In this document: piece by piece, positions 17,005 through 24,215 of the stretch | Layout: the number at the start of each line of letters is the position of its first letter | How positions within the stretch are numbered: position 1 is the stretch's first letter | Origin: a virus | Lineage: Duplodnaviria; Caudoviricetes | IMG/VR virus record: IMGVR_UViG_3300031820_000017 | Coordinates: 1 to 25,578 of that record | DNA length: 25,578 bases | Reading direction: 5' to 3' (one strand) | Translations under genes and position numbers: made by a program | Notes under the pieces: generated by a model | What the model saw: only the letters and a program-made list of their open reading frames with translations | Told to the model about the DNA's origin: nothing | The model's database searches: none

Positions 17005-17262
17005 ATGGCAATCTTGCAATCCCAAATCGAGACCCCTGAGCAGACCATCGCTCGGTTGCAGGCGGAGTTGGCGGAGGCTAAGGCGGCCAGAGGCAGAGCC
17101 CTGTCGTTCAAGGTCACCGAGAAGGGCGGGGTTTCGGTCTACGGCCTCGGCCGGTTCCCTGTGACCCTGTACAAGGGCCAGTGGGAGCGGTTGCTGGCGG
17201 CGAAGGGGGAGATTGAGACTTTCCTGGCGGCCAATGCGGCGAGCCTGAGTGTGAAGGAATGA
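17005..17262 (+). CDS. Conserved small protein (85 aa)
   Basis: RBS GGAG, ATG 17005; N-terminal coiled coil then KVTEKGGVSVYGLGRFPVTLYKGQWERLL, a motif I recall from conserved bacterial/phage hypothetical proteins. Confidence 0.8.
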   Translation: MAILQSQIETPEQTIARLQAELAEAKAARGRALSFKVTEKGGVSVYGLGRFPVTLYKGQWERLLAAKGEIETFLAANAASLSVKE

Positions 17263-17432
17263 ATAGGGTCGTCACGGTTGTAGCCGATAGCTACGAAACC
17301 GTTAGCGAGGATTTTGCCACGGCGAATGAGGCTATCCTCGCCTACGTTCAGGTCCAATCGGACCCCTGGTTCGTCGCAGCACAACTAATCCTCGGCGACG
17401 CCTGCGTTGTTGCAGAGTGGACCCAGGACTAG
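17259..17432 (+). CDS. Hypothetical protein (57 aa)
   Basis: Not in the ORF track; ATGA overlap; MNRVVTVVADSYETVSEDF...AEWTQD; followed by a terminator. Confidence 0.55.
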   Translation: MNRVVTVVADSYETVSEDFATANEAILAYVQVQSDPWFVAAQLILGDACVVAEWTQD

Positions 17433-17439
17433 CGCCAAG

Positions 17440-17474
17440 ATCAGGCCAGAGCGTTGGCCCTGGCCTGATTTTCT
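17440..17474 (+). terminator. Intrinsic terminator
   Basis: Perfect 10-bp stem ATCAGGCCAG/CTGGCCTGAT followed by TTTCT. Confidence 0.6.
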
Positions 17475-17648
17475 AATTGGTTCATAGGGCGACTAACTGA
17501 CTGGCGACCTGGACGCAAGGGGCTCTAAGGGGTTGTCTATAAAAAATTTTTTTTTTTATAACCAGCAACCGCACTTCCTGGCCCTTGGGGGAGTTGCGTC
17601 CGGGGGCCGAGTGAGTCAGTCGCCCTATGGGGGGATGAGGAAATCAGG
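17464..17648. repeat. Large imperfect inverted repeat with A6T11 core
   Basis: Arms 17464-74/17638-48 (10 of 11 bp), 17483-94/17618-29 (12 of 12) and 17511-18/17594-601 (8 of 8) share one axis; core TATAAAAAA...TTTTTTATA. Confidence 0.85.
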
Positions 17649-17660
17649 GCCGGGCGAGGG

Positions 17661-17689
17661 TTGACAATGGGCGGGCGATGTGTTATACT
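17661..17689 (+). promoter_or_regulatory. Strong sigma70 promoter (early)
   Basis: TTGACA-17 bp-TATACT with extended -10 TG; RBS AGGAGG and ATG 17719 downstream. Confidence 0.85.
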
Positions 17690-17718
17690 CCTGGGATAGT
17701 GAACAGGAGGCACAGGCG

Positions 17719-17997
17719 ATGAAAGACGAGTTACCGGAGGACCTAACGGAGAGGGTTAAGTCCGCAGCACGGGAGATTGCGAAGAAGCTTGGGAATGAGT
17801 TCAAGGGCGGGTGGGTGTTTAATATAATCTGGAACGAGGTTAATATTGGGTACAAGCGAGGTCGGTCTTGGCAGCGGGCGTTTGATCAGAGGAAGGCTGC
17901 GGAGGCGGAGCGGAAGGTGAAGTTGACTGAGCGGCAAGCGGAGGCCCTGACGAGGGGGATACCTGGGGAGTTAGCTGGCACGATAGAGGAGGACTAA
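17719..17997 (+). CDS. Hypothetical early protein (92 aa)
   Basis: RBS AGGAGG, first ORF after the promoter. Confidence 0.7.
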   Translation: MKDELPEDLTERVKSAAREIAKKLGNEFKGGWVFNIIWNEVNIGYKRGRSWQRAFDQRKAAEAERKVKLTERQAEALTRGIPGELAGTIEED

Positions 17998-18000
17998 CGC

Positions 18001-18084
18001 ATGAGCTATCGGAAGATCGGTGGGTTACACTTCATCAGCCTTGGCAGGCTGGGGATGACGTTTTACTGGAGGAGCAGGCGATGA
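18001..18084 (+). CDS. Small basic peptide (27 aa)
   Basis: RBS GAGGAGG; MSYRKIGGLHFISLGRLGMTFYWRSRR; ATGA overlap with the next ORF. Confidence 0.6.
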   Translation: MSYRKIGGLHFISLGRLGMTFYWRSRR

Positions 18085-18398
18085 CTGAGACAGGCAAAGG
18101 GCAGGCTAAGACCGTCACTGAGACAGGCGAAAGCTTTAGCCTCAAGCGGCGGGCGGATAGTCCGCAGAACGTGGCACTGGCGCAGGCGATTAGGGCTATC
18201 CTGGCGATGCGGGAGGGGTCGTGGGAGGAGGTTGAGATAGTCGGCGGGTATCAGGGGGTTTATACCAAGCGCCCTCTGAAGTGCATCAAGGCGGTAGTTG
18301 GGGATGACCCGATTGGGCTGATCCTGGAATGCCTGTTCGCAGCGGGGTATGACGAGATGTGGGAATTCTGCGATCGGGTGTTGGGGCCGAGGGGCTGA
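18081..18398 (+). CDS. Hypothetical protein (105 aa)
   Basis: RBS GGAGGAG, coupled start. Confidence 0.65.
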   Translation: MTETGKGQAKTVTETGESFSLKRRADSPQNVALAQAIRAILAMREGSWEEVEIVGGYQGVYTKRPLKCIKAVVGDDPIGLILECLFAAGYDEMWEFCDRVLGPRG

Positions 18399-18436
18399 GA
18401 CAGACTTTGAGACAGTCATCAACGGAGGACTAAGCA

Positions 18437-18604
18437 ATGAACAGCGAATTCAAGCAGCACGCACGTGAATTGGTCAAGGCTGAACTGCGGCGGCAGGGAA
18501 TTAAGCTTTCGCACGTGGATGCGAAGGATATTGCCAAAGCGGCGAAGGTGGTCTTGGACATACACGGCAAGGATTGGCAAAGCCTTGCGGACGCGGGGTA
18601 CTGA
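18437..18604 (+). CDS. 55-aa stand-alone paralog of an internal domain of ORF 19935-20573
   Basis: Not in the ORF track; RBS GGAGG; MNSEFKQHARELVKAELRRQGIKLSHVDAKDIAKAAKVVLDIHGKDWQSLADAGY. Confidence 0.75.
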   Translation: MNSEFKQHARELVKAELRRQGIKLSHVDAKDIAKAAKVVLDIHGKDWQSLADAGY

Positions 18605-18627
18605 GGGAGCCAAAGGAGAACGAAGTC

Positions 18628-18837
18628 ATGGCAAGGCAATACATTCGTACGTGTCAGGCTTGTGGGCACGAGCAGGTTGGTCGCGACCCCACTACGCTCA
18701 AAGGCGGCCCAACGGATAGTTGGCGGAATACCCTATGCAAGAAATGCAAATCCGAGGCCCTTGACTGGGGGAGTTACCGCTGTGGGGAGGAATGTGGCGA
18801 GGATTGTGAGGAACATGGTTGCGTTAACCTAAGATAA
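18628..18837 (+). CDS. Cys-rich zinc-binding protein (69 aa)
   Basis: RBS AAGGAG; CQAC...CKKC plus C-x3-C-x3-C-x2-H. Confidence 0.7.
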   Translation: MARQYIRTCQACGHEQVGRDPTTLKGGPTDSWRNTLCKKCKSEALDWGSYRCGEECGEDCEEHGCVNLR

Positions 18838-18918
18838 TCCCCCGGCCGCAAGCCCAAGGGCAGGGCCAACTCCTTGCCCTTGATCGTGCGACCCAGCACG
18901 GGACCAAAGGAGGAAACT

Positions 18919-19245
18919 ATGCCTAATTGTTTCCAGCTCACTCGACGTGGTGAGACTGTGCCAGCATCGCTTGCACAGGTTGACAGTGCAATCTGTCAAG
19001 CCTTAGAACTGACTTGGGACCCCAAGCATTGGGCCTATGGGTGGTATGATTATATCGGCTTCAAGCTTGCCTCAGGCCGAACGTTCCAGCAAATCACAGA
19101 TGATATTCGGGCCTTTATCATCAAGGATAGGACTAAGCCCGACGCAGCCGAATGGCTTGAAATTGATTATGTCCTACTTCGGATTAATCATTTCCTACTT
19201 GAAAACTACCAGTCAGATTGCTGGGTTGAGATTGGACGGCGCTAG
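18919..19245 (+). CDS. Hypothetical protein (108 aa)
   Basis: RBS AAGGAGG; MPNCFQLTR...WYDYIGF. Confidence 0.75.
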   Translation: MPNCFQLTRRGETVPASLAQVDSAICQALELTWDPKHWAYGWYDYIGFKLASGRTFQQITDDIRAFIIKDRTKPDAAEWLEIDYVLLRINHFLLENYQSDCWVEIGRR

Positions 19246-19317
19246 ACCCCAGACTGAGCGGCAGGGCTAACACTCTACCGCTTGGCCTGTGGTTGACCGC
19301 AGGGGATGGAGGTACAA

Positions 19318-19539
19318 ATGAACTTGCCAAGCAAGCGAACCAAGGCGCGTGCGCAAGCTGTCTTGGATGAAATGCCCAAGGTCTACTTCGTTGAGGACCT
19401 TGGCATGGGGCGGTACAGGGTCGGTCGCACTGACTGGCCAGGGGATACGTTCAACCTAGTCCCTGCCAAGGACTTCGAGGTCTTTCGTCGGGTGTACGAA
19501 GGGTTGTGCATGCCGCTCTTGGATAAGACCTACGACTGA
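19318..19539 (+). CDS. Hypothetical protein (73 aa)
   Basis: RBS GGAGGT. Confidence 0.65.
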   Translation: MNLPSKRTKARAQAVLDEMPKVYFVEDLGMGRYRVGRTDWPGDTFNLVPAKDFEVFRRVYEGLCMPLLDKTYD

Positions 19540-19581
19540 GGCCGAAGGCCCTACTTTGGGCTGAGACAGACGGAGGATTGA

Positions 19582-19773
19582 ATGGCAAAGCCCAAGCGAT
19601 ATCTAGCCTTTGCAGGAGAGAACTATTATCCCTGTGGAGGCTGGTCGGACCTTCAAGGGTCGTACGATACAATCGACCAGGCTATCCACGAGGCGCAGTT
19701 GTATCAGCCAAAGGATGGTTGGTACTGTGTGGTTGATCTTGAGACAGGCGAGGTGATATTCCAGACCGTGTGA
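19582..19773 (+). CDS. Small conserved phage protein (63 aa)
   Basis: RBS GGAGG; KRYLAFAG..YYP.GGW.D..GSYDT...W..VVDL motif common in phage accessory ORFs. Confidence 0.75.
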   Translation: MAKPKRYLAFAGENYYPCGGWSDLQGSYDTIDQAIHEAQLYQPKDGWYCVVDLETGEVIFQTV

Positions 19774-19871
19774 CAAATCGGCAACACCTGTTGCAAAAAT
19801 GAGACACGGCAAATTTGCATACCAGCCATGCGAGGAAATCACTTGACGCCGACAGATCGCCGGCGCATACT
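19769..19871 (+). promoter_or_regulatory. Promoter with stacked palindromic operator-like sites
   Basis: TTGACG(19843)-17 bp-CATACT(19866); upstream two TGT-N12-ACA boxes and GCAT-N7-ATGC. Confidence 0.6.
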
Positions 19872-19934
19872 GCCAACACATACCCTGTCCGGGCCAGCAG
19901 GGAATCCCTTGGCCCAACTAGGAGTATCACCCGT

Positions 19935-20573
19935 ATGGGTATCCTCAAAATCGCAATCACCAAAGGCAAGGATTTCATCGAGGTCAACACGGACTCGCCC
20001 GAGGACGGCGGCGACCTCCCGGCCGAGGTCTACGCTCGTGCCTTGGCCGAAGGGCTCAAGGTCCTCCTCAACGCGGGCATGGGGAAGATCACTTCCACCC
20101 TCATGCCCGACGAAGCCACCCGCAAGGCCGAGGCGATGCTCAAGGCAAAGGAGAATCTCGACAACCTCCGCGCCGGCAAGCTCAAGGCCGCCCGTGGTGC
20201 TGGCTCCGCCAAGGTCGCCGGGGTCATCATGACCGAAGCCATGCGCCTCGCCCGTAACCTCGTAAAGGACGAGATGAAGCGCCAGGGCCTCAAGGTCTCC
20301 TACGTGGCCGCGAGCGAAATCACCATCGCGGCCAAGGCACTGATCGAGGCAACGCCGGACATCGTCAAGCAGGCCGAGGCCAACCTCGCCGAGCGCGCCA
20401 AGGTCGCTGTGACCATCGACGTCAAGGCGATCCCGATCGACCAGGGCAAGGTGGACAAGGCCGAGGCAGCCAAGGCGAAGAAGAAGGAGCAGTTGAGCGC
20501 CAAGCAGGCTGGTCAGACGGCTGTGGTGGCCAAGGGCAAGGCGAAGAAGCCGGCCGCGGCCAAGCATGCCTGA
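19935..20573 (+). CDS. Lys/Ala-rich protein, probably abundant and possibly nucleic-acid binding (212 aa)
   Basis: RBS AGGAG, ATG 19935; strong codon bias (AAG, GCC, CTC); basic tail KGKAKKPAAAKHA. Confidence 0.75.
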   Translation: MGILKIAITKGKDFIEVNTDSPEDGGDLPAEVYARALAEGLKVLLNAGMGKITSTLMPDEATRKAEAMLKAKENLDNLRAGKLKAARGAGSAKVAGVIMTEAMRLARNLVKDEMKRQGLKVSYVAASEITIAAKALIEATPDIVKQAEANLAERAKVAVTIDVKAIPIDQGKVDKAEAAKAKKKEQLSAKQAGQTAVVAKGKAKKPAAAKHA

Positions 20574-20640
20574 GGGCTATTGGCCCCTACGCAAACCGAC
20601 AGGGCCACTAGCCCTGTCTCCCCCCGCAAATGGAGGCAGA

Positions 20641-20817
20641 ATGGCAACGCAGGAGCAAACAAACGCTTCGATACGACTAAAGGCCGCATGGCACAACTTT
20701 GTTTCATGCTGGACGGAAGCAGAGAAGCTTGGGCTACGCGTGCAGCTTAAGCAAGGACCGCGTGAAGATGATTGGTACTATCTTCACATCTCAACGAAAC
20801 CCGAAACTCTAGGCTAA
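20641..20817 (+). CDS. Hypothetical protein (58 aa)
   Basis: RBS GGAGG before ATG 20641. Confidence 0.6.
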   Translation: MATQEQTNASIRLKAAWHNFVSCWTEAEKLGLRVQLKQGPREDDWYYLHISTKPETLG

Positions 20818-20828
20818 GGACAAACCCA

Positions 20829-21536
20829 ATGACCGACGGAAACATGATCACAACGACCTACGAGTCAATTGATCCCGTCCCAACCGAGGTCCAACAGATG
20901 GTCGCCAGCTTCAACTCCATGATCCGCGCGTACCTGGACCTCCCCGAGATGAGCCGGAGGCTGAATGACCTCGAAGCCAGCGCCGAGGCGGGGCGGGCGG
21001 AGATTGTCTCCCTCACTTCGAAGATCGCCGACCTGGAGAAGAACGTCACTTGGCTTCGCGAGGAACGGTCTCGGCTGATCGCGGAGAATTACGACCTCGC
21101 CTGCGAGCGCGACGGACACAAGGGCAAGGTCCGTGAGTTGGAGGATGCCAACGCAAGCCTCGAACTGGCAATCGAGGAATTTCAAGCCAAGGCGAGGGAG
21201 TCGGCAGAGTGCATCGATCATGCCCTGCGTGACCTCAACGATGCAAGCGAGCGATGCGTCCAGCTTGAAAACCAACTCACCGAAACCCATGTCCTCCTCG
21301 ACACGGCCCTGACTGAACTGGCCAAGGTCCGAGAGGAGTCAGTCGAGAACTACAGGGACCTCCTCCGCTCCCGCCGCGAGTCCGAAGATTGGCATGAACT
21401 CGCCAATCGCCACGAGGCGAAGATTGAGGCCATCCGCCAAGCCCTTGAGAAGGCCCATCACGTGGCCCACGAATGGGCGCCTACCCCCACGACCTCTACC
21501 GATCAGTCCTCGCCGCAGGCTAACCTCACGTTCTAA
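20829..21536 (+). CDS. Long coiled-coil protein (235 aa)
   Basis: RBS AAGGA; heptad-patterned L/E/R-rich sequence over most of its length. Confidence 0.75.
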   Translation: MTDGNMITTTYESIDPVPTEVQQMVASFNSMIRAYLDLPEMSRRLNDLEASAEAGRAEIVSLTSKIADLEKNVTWLREERSRLIAENYDLACERDGHKGKVRELEDANASLELAIEEFQAKARESAECIDHALRDLNDASERCVQLENQLTETHVLLDTALTELAKVREESVENYRDLLRSRRESEDWHELANRHEAKIEAIRQALEKAHHVAHEWAPTPTTSTDQSSPQANLTF

Positions 21537-21558
21537 CCCACATCCCCTGCTCCGACCG

Positions 21559-21584
21559 GAGGCCCGTCCCTTGTGGCGGGCCTC
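21559..21584 (+). terminator. GC-rich hairpin (terminator or processing site)
   Basis: GAGGCCCGTC/GGCGGGCCTC stem after a stop codon; no U-tract. Confidence 0.35.
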
Positions 21585-21629
21585 TAGCCGTGGCAATGGG
21601 CTTTGGATGGAACCAAACAGGAGCGATCT

Positions 21630-21725
21630 ATGTTTCCCCACCCCACTCACATCACCCTCCGGCAATTCGCCCTTTGTGTTCTATGGCTTGCCCTTTGGAC
21701 ACTCCTACTCCTGTCCCTCAGATGA
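21630..21725 (+). CDS. Membrane micropeptide (31 aa)
   Basis: RBS AGGAG; MFPHPTHITLRQFALCVLWLALWTLLLLSLR. Confidence 0.55.
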   Translation: MFPHPTHITLRQFALCVLWLALWTLLLLSLR

Positions 21726-21749
21726 AAGGTAAATGAGGAAAATGAGGGA

Positions 21750-21778
21750 TTGACTTTCTCCCCTATCCGTGTTATACT
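21750..21778 (+). promoter_or_regulatory. Sigma70 promoter
   Basis: TTGACT-17 bp-TATACT with extended -10 TG; shares GTGTTATACTC with the 17661 promoter; RBS GAGGAGG downstream. Confidence 0.8.
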
Positions 21779-21808
21779 CTCAGGTACAATCAGAGGAGGC
21801 AACAGCCC

Positions 21809-22075
21809 ATGCGCCTTTCAGTAGGCATAAACCACACCACAGTGTTCCGCGAGATGGTTGCTAAGTTGCTTGCAACCAGGCATAATCTCCCCATGCCGGC
21901 TAGGCGCAAACTCCGCATGCATATCAAGCTCACCCTTCCTGGGCGGCTAACTTGCCATGCTCAGCGAGGGCTTGGGCTTAAGCCTGTGCGCATCGCACCG
22001 AGCGAGGCTTTGAAGTTTATGCATGCGTCCGCGCGTCGCCTCGCCAACCCCCTGGTTCAAAAGGTAGACCCATGA
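21809..22075 (+). CDS. Basic hypothetical protein (88 aa)
   Basis: RBS GAGGAGG after the promoter. Confidence 0.6.
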   Translation: MRLSVGINHTTVFREMVAKLLATRHNLPMPARRKLRMHIKLTLPGRLTCHAQRGLGLKPVRIAPSEALKFMHASARRLANPLVQKVDP

Positions 22076-22164
22076 CCCGAACGTACCTAACCGACATTGC
22101 CCTGGCGATAGCCATTGCGGCCGTCGCCACGTTCCTCCTCTGGCTATCATGGGGGCTGGCATGA
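22072..22164 (+). CDS. Membrane micropeptide (30 aa)
   Basis: ATGA-coupled; MTRTYLTDIALAIAIAAVATFLLWLSWGLA. Confidence 0.6.
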   Translation: MTRTYLTDIALAIAIAAVATFLLWLSWGLA

Positions 22165-22247
22165 CCAGTAAGGATGTGTGGCTATTCCTGGCCGGAGTTT
22201 GGGGCGCAATAGTCCTTACCGGCCTGCTTGTATGGGTGCTATCATGA
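22161..22247 (+). CDS. Membrane micropeptide (28 aa)
   Basis: ATGA-coupled on both sides; MTSKDVWLFLAGVWGAIVLTGLLVWVLS. Confidence 0.6.
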   Translation: MTSKDVWLFLAGVWGAIVLTGLLVWVLS

Positions 22248-22456
22248 CCTCAATCATCTACGACTTCCGCTCCATCGCCAAGGCCGCGAGGCTCGATCCT
22301 GACCGGAGGCCGGTGGCGGAGGAGCCAGCAAAGCTCAGAACTTGCATTCCACTGCCATGCATAACCTGCAAAATGGTTACGGCCCACAAAGCGGCCGGGC
22401 CCGTCGATGGCTTGTGGTGCTGCGAAGAATGCCACAGATTTAGGTCGTACCCATGA
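22244..22456 (+). CDS. Zinc-ribbon protein (70 aa)
   Basis: ATGA start at 22244; CITC...H...CEEC. Confidence 0.65.
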   Translation: MTSIIYDFRSIAKAARLDPDRRPVAEEPAKLRTCIPLPCITCKMVTAHKAAGPVDGLWCCEECHRFRSYP

Positions 22457-22821
22457 CCCACCCAACCATCCATCTCTCAGGCGACCTGCTAATCCTAACC
22501 TTCCCTCCAGCCGGGTCAGAGACCAGGACACACGAAGTACGCATTCCCCTAGACCGATGCGCCGTCGTCACAGGCTTCGGTGGCCAGCCGATTGCCTCCC
22601 AACGTGGCTGGTCTTGTCTCCTCACCGTCCTCCGCGAGCGCGAAAGGGCCGACCGGGCGCCGACCATAGCCACCCCCGCGGCGCCGAACTTTCACCAAGT
22701 CGAACGGGCGCTACACGCTAAGAAATACGACTCCCGAGGCAAGCTCGTCGCGGCCGGCGAACCTGCGAAGGTTTCAAGCGAGGTTGTCAGGGATGTGATG
22801 AGGAAGGTAGGGTTGATATGA
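22453..22821 (+). CDS. Hypothetical protein (122 aa)
   Basis: ATGA-coupled chain. Confidence 0.7.
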   Translation: MTHPTIHLSGDLLILTFPPAGSETRTHEVRIPLDRCAVVTGFGGQPIASQRGWSCLLTVLRERERADRAPTIATPAAPNFHQVERALHAKKYDSRGKLVAAGEPAKVSSEVVRDVMRKVGLI

Positions 22822-23078
22822 CCCAATACCGAACTCGCCAAATGGATGTGTATGAGATCATCTCGTCAAATGATTGGAAAACCCCACTTGCTCGTTGTCT
22901 CCTTCCAGCATTTCCAAGGCCGTACGTTATCAATTATGGAAGTCATATTGTAGGTGTTTTCAAACACGGCAAATTGCTATACGAGCATAAAGACCGTGGT
23001 ATCGTTTCTGAGGATTGCCAAAACATCGAGGCGGCAATCTCTCGCCTTCGGGAGTTAATCGAGGAGAACAAGGCATGA
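22818..23078 (+). CDS. Hypothetical protein (86 aa), more AT-rich than neighbours
   Basis: ATGA-coupled chain. Confidence 0.65.
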   Translation: MTQYRTRQMDVYEIISSNDWKTPLARCLLPAFPRPYVINYGSHIVGVFKHGKLLYEHKDRGIVSEDCQNIEAAISRLRELIEENKA

Positions 23079-23464
23079 GCGATGAAATCAGCGAACTGGC
23101 AGCGTTTATCTACAAATCCTCGCCGAGTATAACTGGACAGGCATTTGAGGCCGCCGAGCGTATCATGGCAGCGGGGTGGCGGAAGCCGACGATCGAGCCA
23201 CAATCAGAGGTCGTCAGAGCGGTCGGGATCGCCGTTAGGACCATAGCCGCTGCACTCAAGTTCCACGGCCTGACGATGTTGTGGGATCCAGACGGTAACT
23301 TCTCGTTTGAGGTTATCCCAATGCCTCTTTCAGAGGCAGAGGTCCAGGCGGCGACGGCTGCTATTTGGAAACTCCGTACTCATCGCGACCCTGCCAGCAT
23401 TTGCAGCGACGAGTTAGCCTTCGCCGCGCTGGCCGCCGCTGCCGAGGTCAGGAGGGGGCGATGA
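23075..23464 (+). CDS. Hypothetical protein (129 aa)
   Basis: RBS GAGGAG, ATGA start at 23075. Confidence 0.65.
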   Translation: MSDEISELAAFIYKSSPSITGQAFEAAERIMAAGWRKPTIEPQSEVVRAVGIAVRTIAAALKFHGLTMLWDPDGNFSFEVIPMPLSEAEVQAATAAIWKLRTHRDPASICSDELAFAALAAAAEVRRGR

Positions 23465-23937
23465 CCGATAAACTCACCCCCACCCAGCGCCTCGCCGTCG
23501 CCTGCGAATACGCTGTGGGCATCAAGCTTAAGACCATCGCCAGTGACTATGGCATATCCTGTACCTTGATCTGCAAGATCGCCACGGCCTATGGAGTCCC
23601 ACTGAGGCGGGAGCCGGGCAATAATCGTCGCACGGCAGTGCTTGAGTACTACCGCGACCACCCAAAGGCGCGCGTGATGTACATCGCCTGCGTCCTCGAC
23701 GTGAGCCCATCCTGGGTCGCCACGGTCCTGCGGTCAGCCGGCATCTACCATCGCGCGAGGAGGAAACCATGGACTGCGGGGCCAGGCGGCAGGAAAACGG
23801 CTACGTCATCCGCATCCGAGGGTCAGAATACCTCCTCACCGAGGACGAGTGGGAGGAGTTCAGGCACTGCCTCGACACTCTCTCAGCTTCCACCGACTAC
23901 GAAGCCTGCAAATCCCCCACGGTTAAGATCGATCTAA
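23461..23937 (+). CDS. Tandem HTH-like DNA-binding protein
   Basis: RBS GGAGG, ATGA start; IKLKTIASDYGISCTLICKI and VMYIACVLDVSPSWVATVL resemble two HTH motifs; the S/T/P-rich tail overlaps the next gene. Confidence 0.65.
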   Translation: MTDKLTPTQRLAVACEYAVGIKLKTIASDYGISCTLICKIATAYGVPLRREPGNNRRTAVLEYYRDHPKARVMYIACVLDVSPSWVATVLRSAGIYHRARRKPWTAGPGGRKTATSSASEGQNTSSPRTSGRSSGTASTLSQLPPTTKPANPPRLRSI

Positions 23938-23984
23938 TCGCGGCCTTGGGCCTTGCCCCAGCGCCGATTAAACGGAGGTTCTAA
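23769..23984 (+). CDS. Hypothetical protein (71 aa)
   Basis: RBS GAGGAGG; stop abuts the next ATG. Confidence 0.65.
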   Translation: MDCGARRQENGYVIRIRGSEYLLTEDEWEEFRHCLDTLSASTDYEACKSPTVKIDLIAALGLAPAPIKRRF

Positions 23985-24215
23985 ATGCCCAAGCTTTACA
24001 TCGTCCACGTGAAGTCCCACGATTTCGAAACCTACGAAGCCTTCGACGACATCGCCTCGGCCAAGGTCTACGTCACGGCCAACCTATATTACCGCGACAC
24101 CTTAATCGAAATCCGCTGCGCTGACTGGGACTCCCTCACTGACCCAGGCGACCCAATCGGCAAGGCCCAAGCCAGCGGCGGGGTGCTAAGCGCGCTAGCG
24201 GAGGGCGAGAGATGA
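23985..24215 (+). CDS. Hypothetical protein (76 aa)
   Basis: RBS GGAGG; coupled. Confidence 0.7.
   Translation: MPKLYIVHVKSHDFETYEAFDDIASAKVYVTANLYYRDTLIEIRCADWDSLTDPGDPIGKAQASGGVLSALAEGER

Noticed and set aside
16487-17117. Several ORFs in the divergent control region
   Set aside because: No RBS, low-complexity Arg/Pro/Ala products; the region is better explained by promoters and RNA structure.
18086-19747. TGAGACAG repeats as a CRISPR or mini-array
   Set aside because: Repeats are 8-14 bp, irregularly spaced and partly inside ORFs.
19839-20567. 242-aa minus-strand ORF
   Set aside because: Antisense shadow of the strongly biased plus-strand gene 19935-20573.
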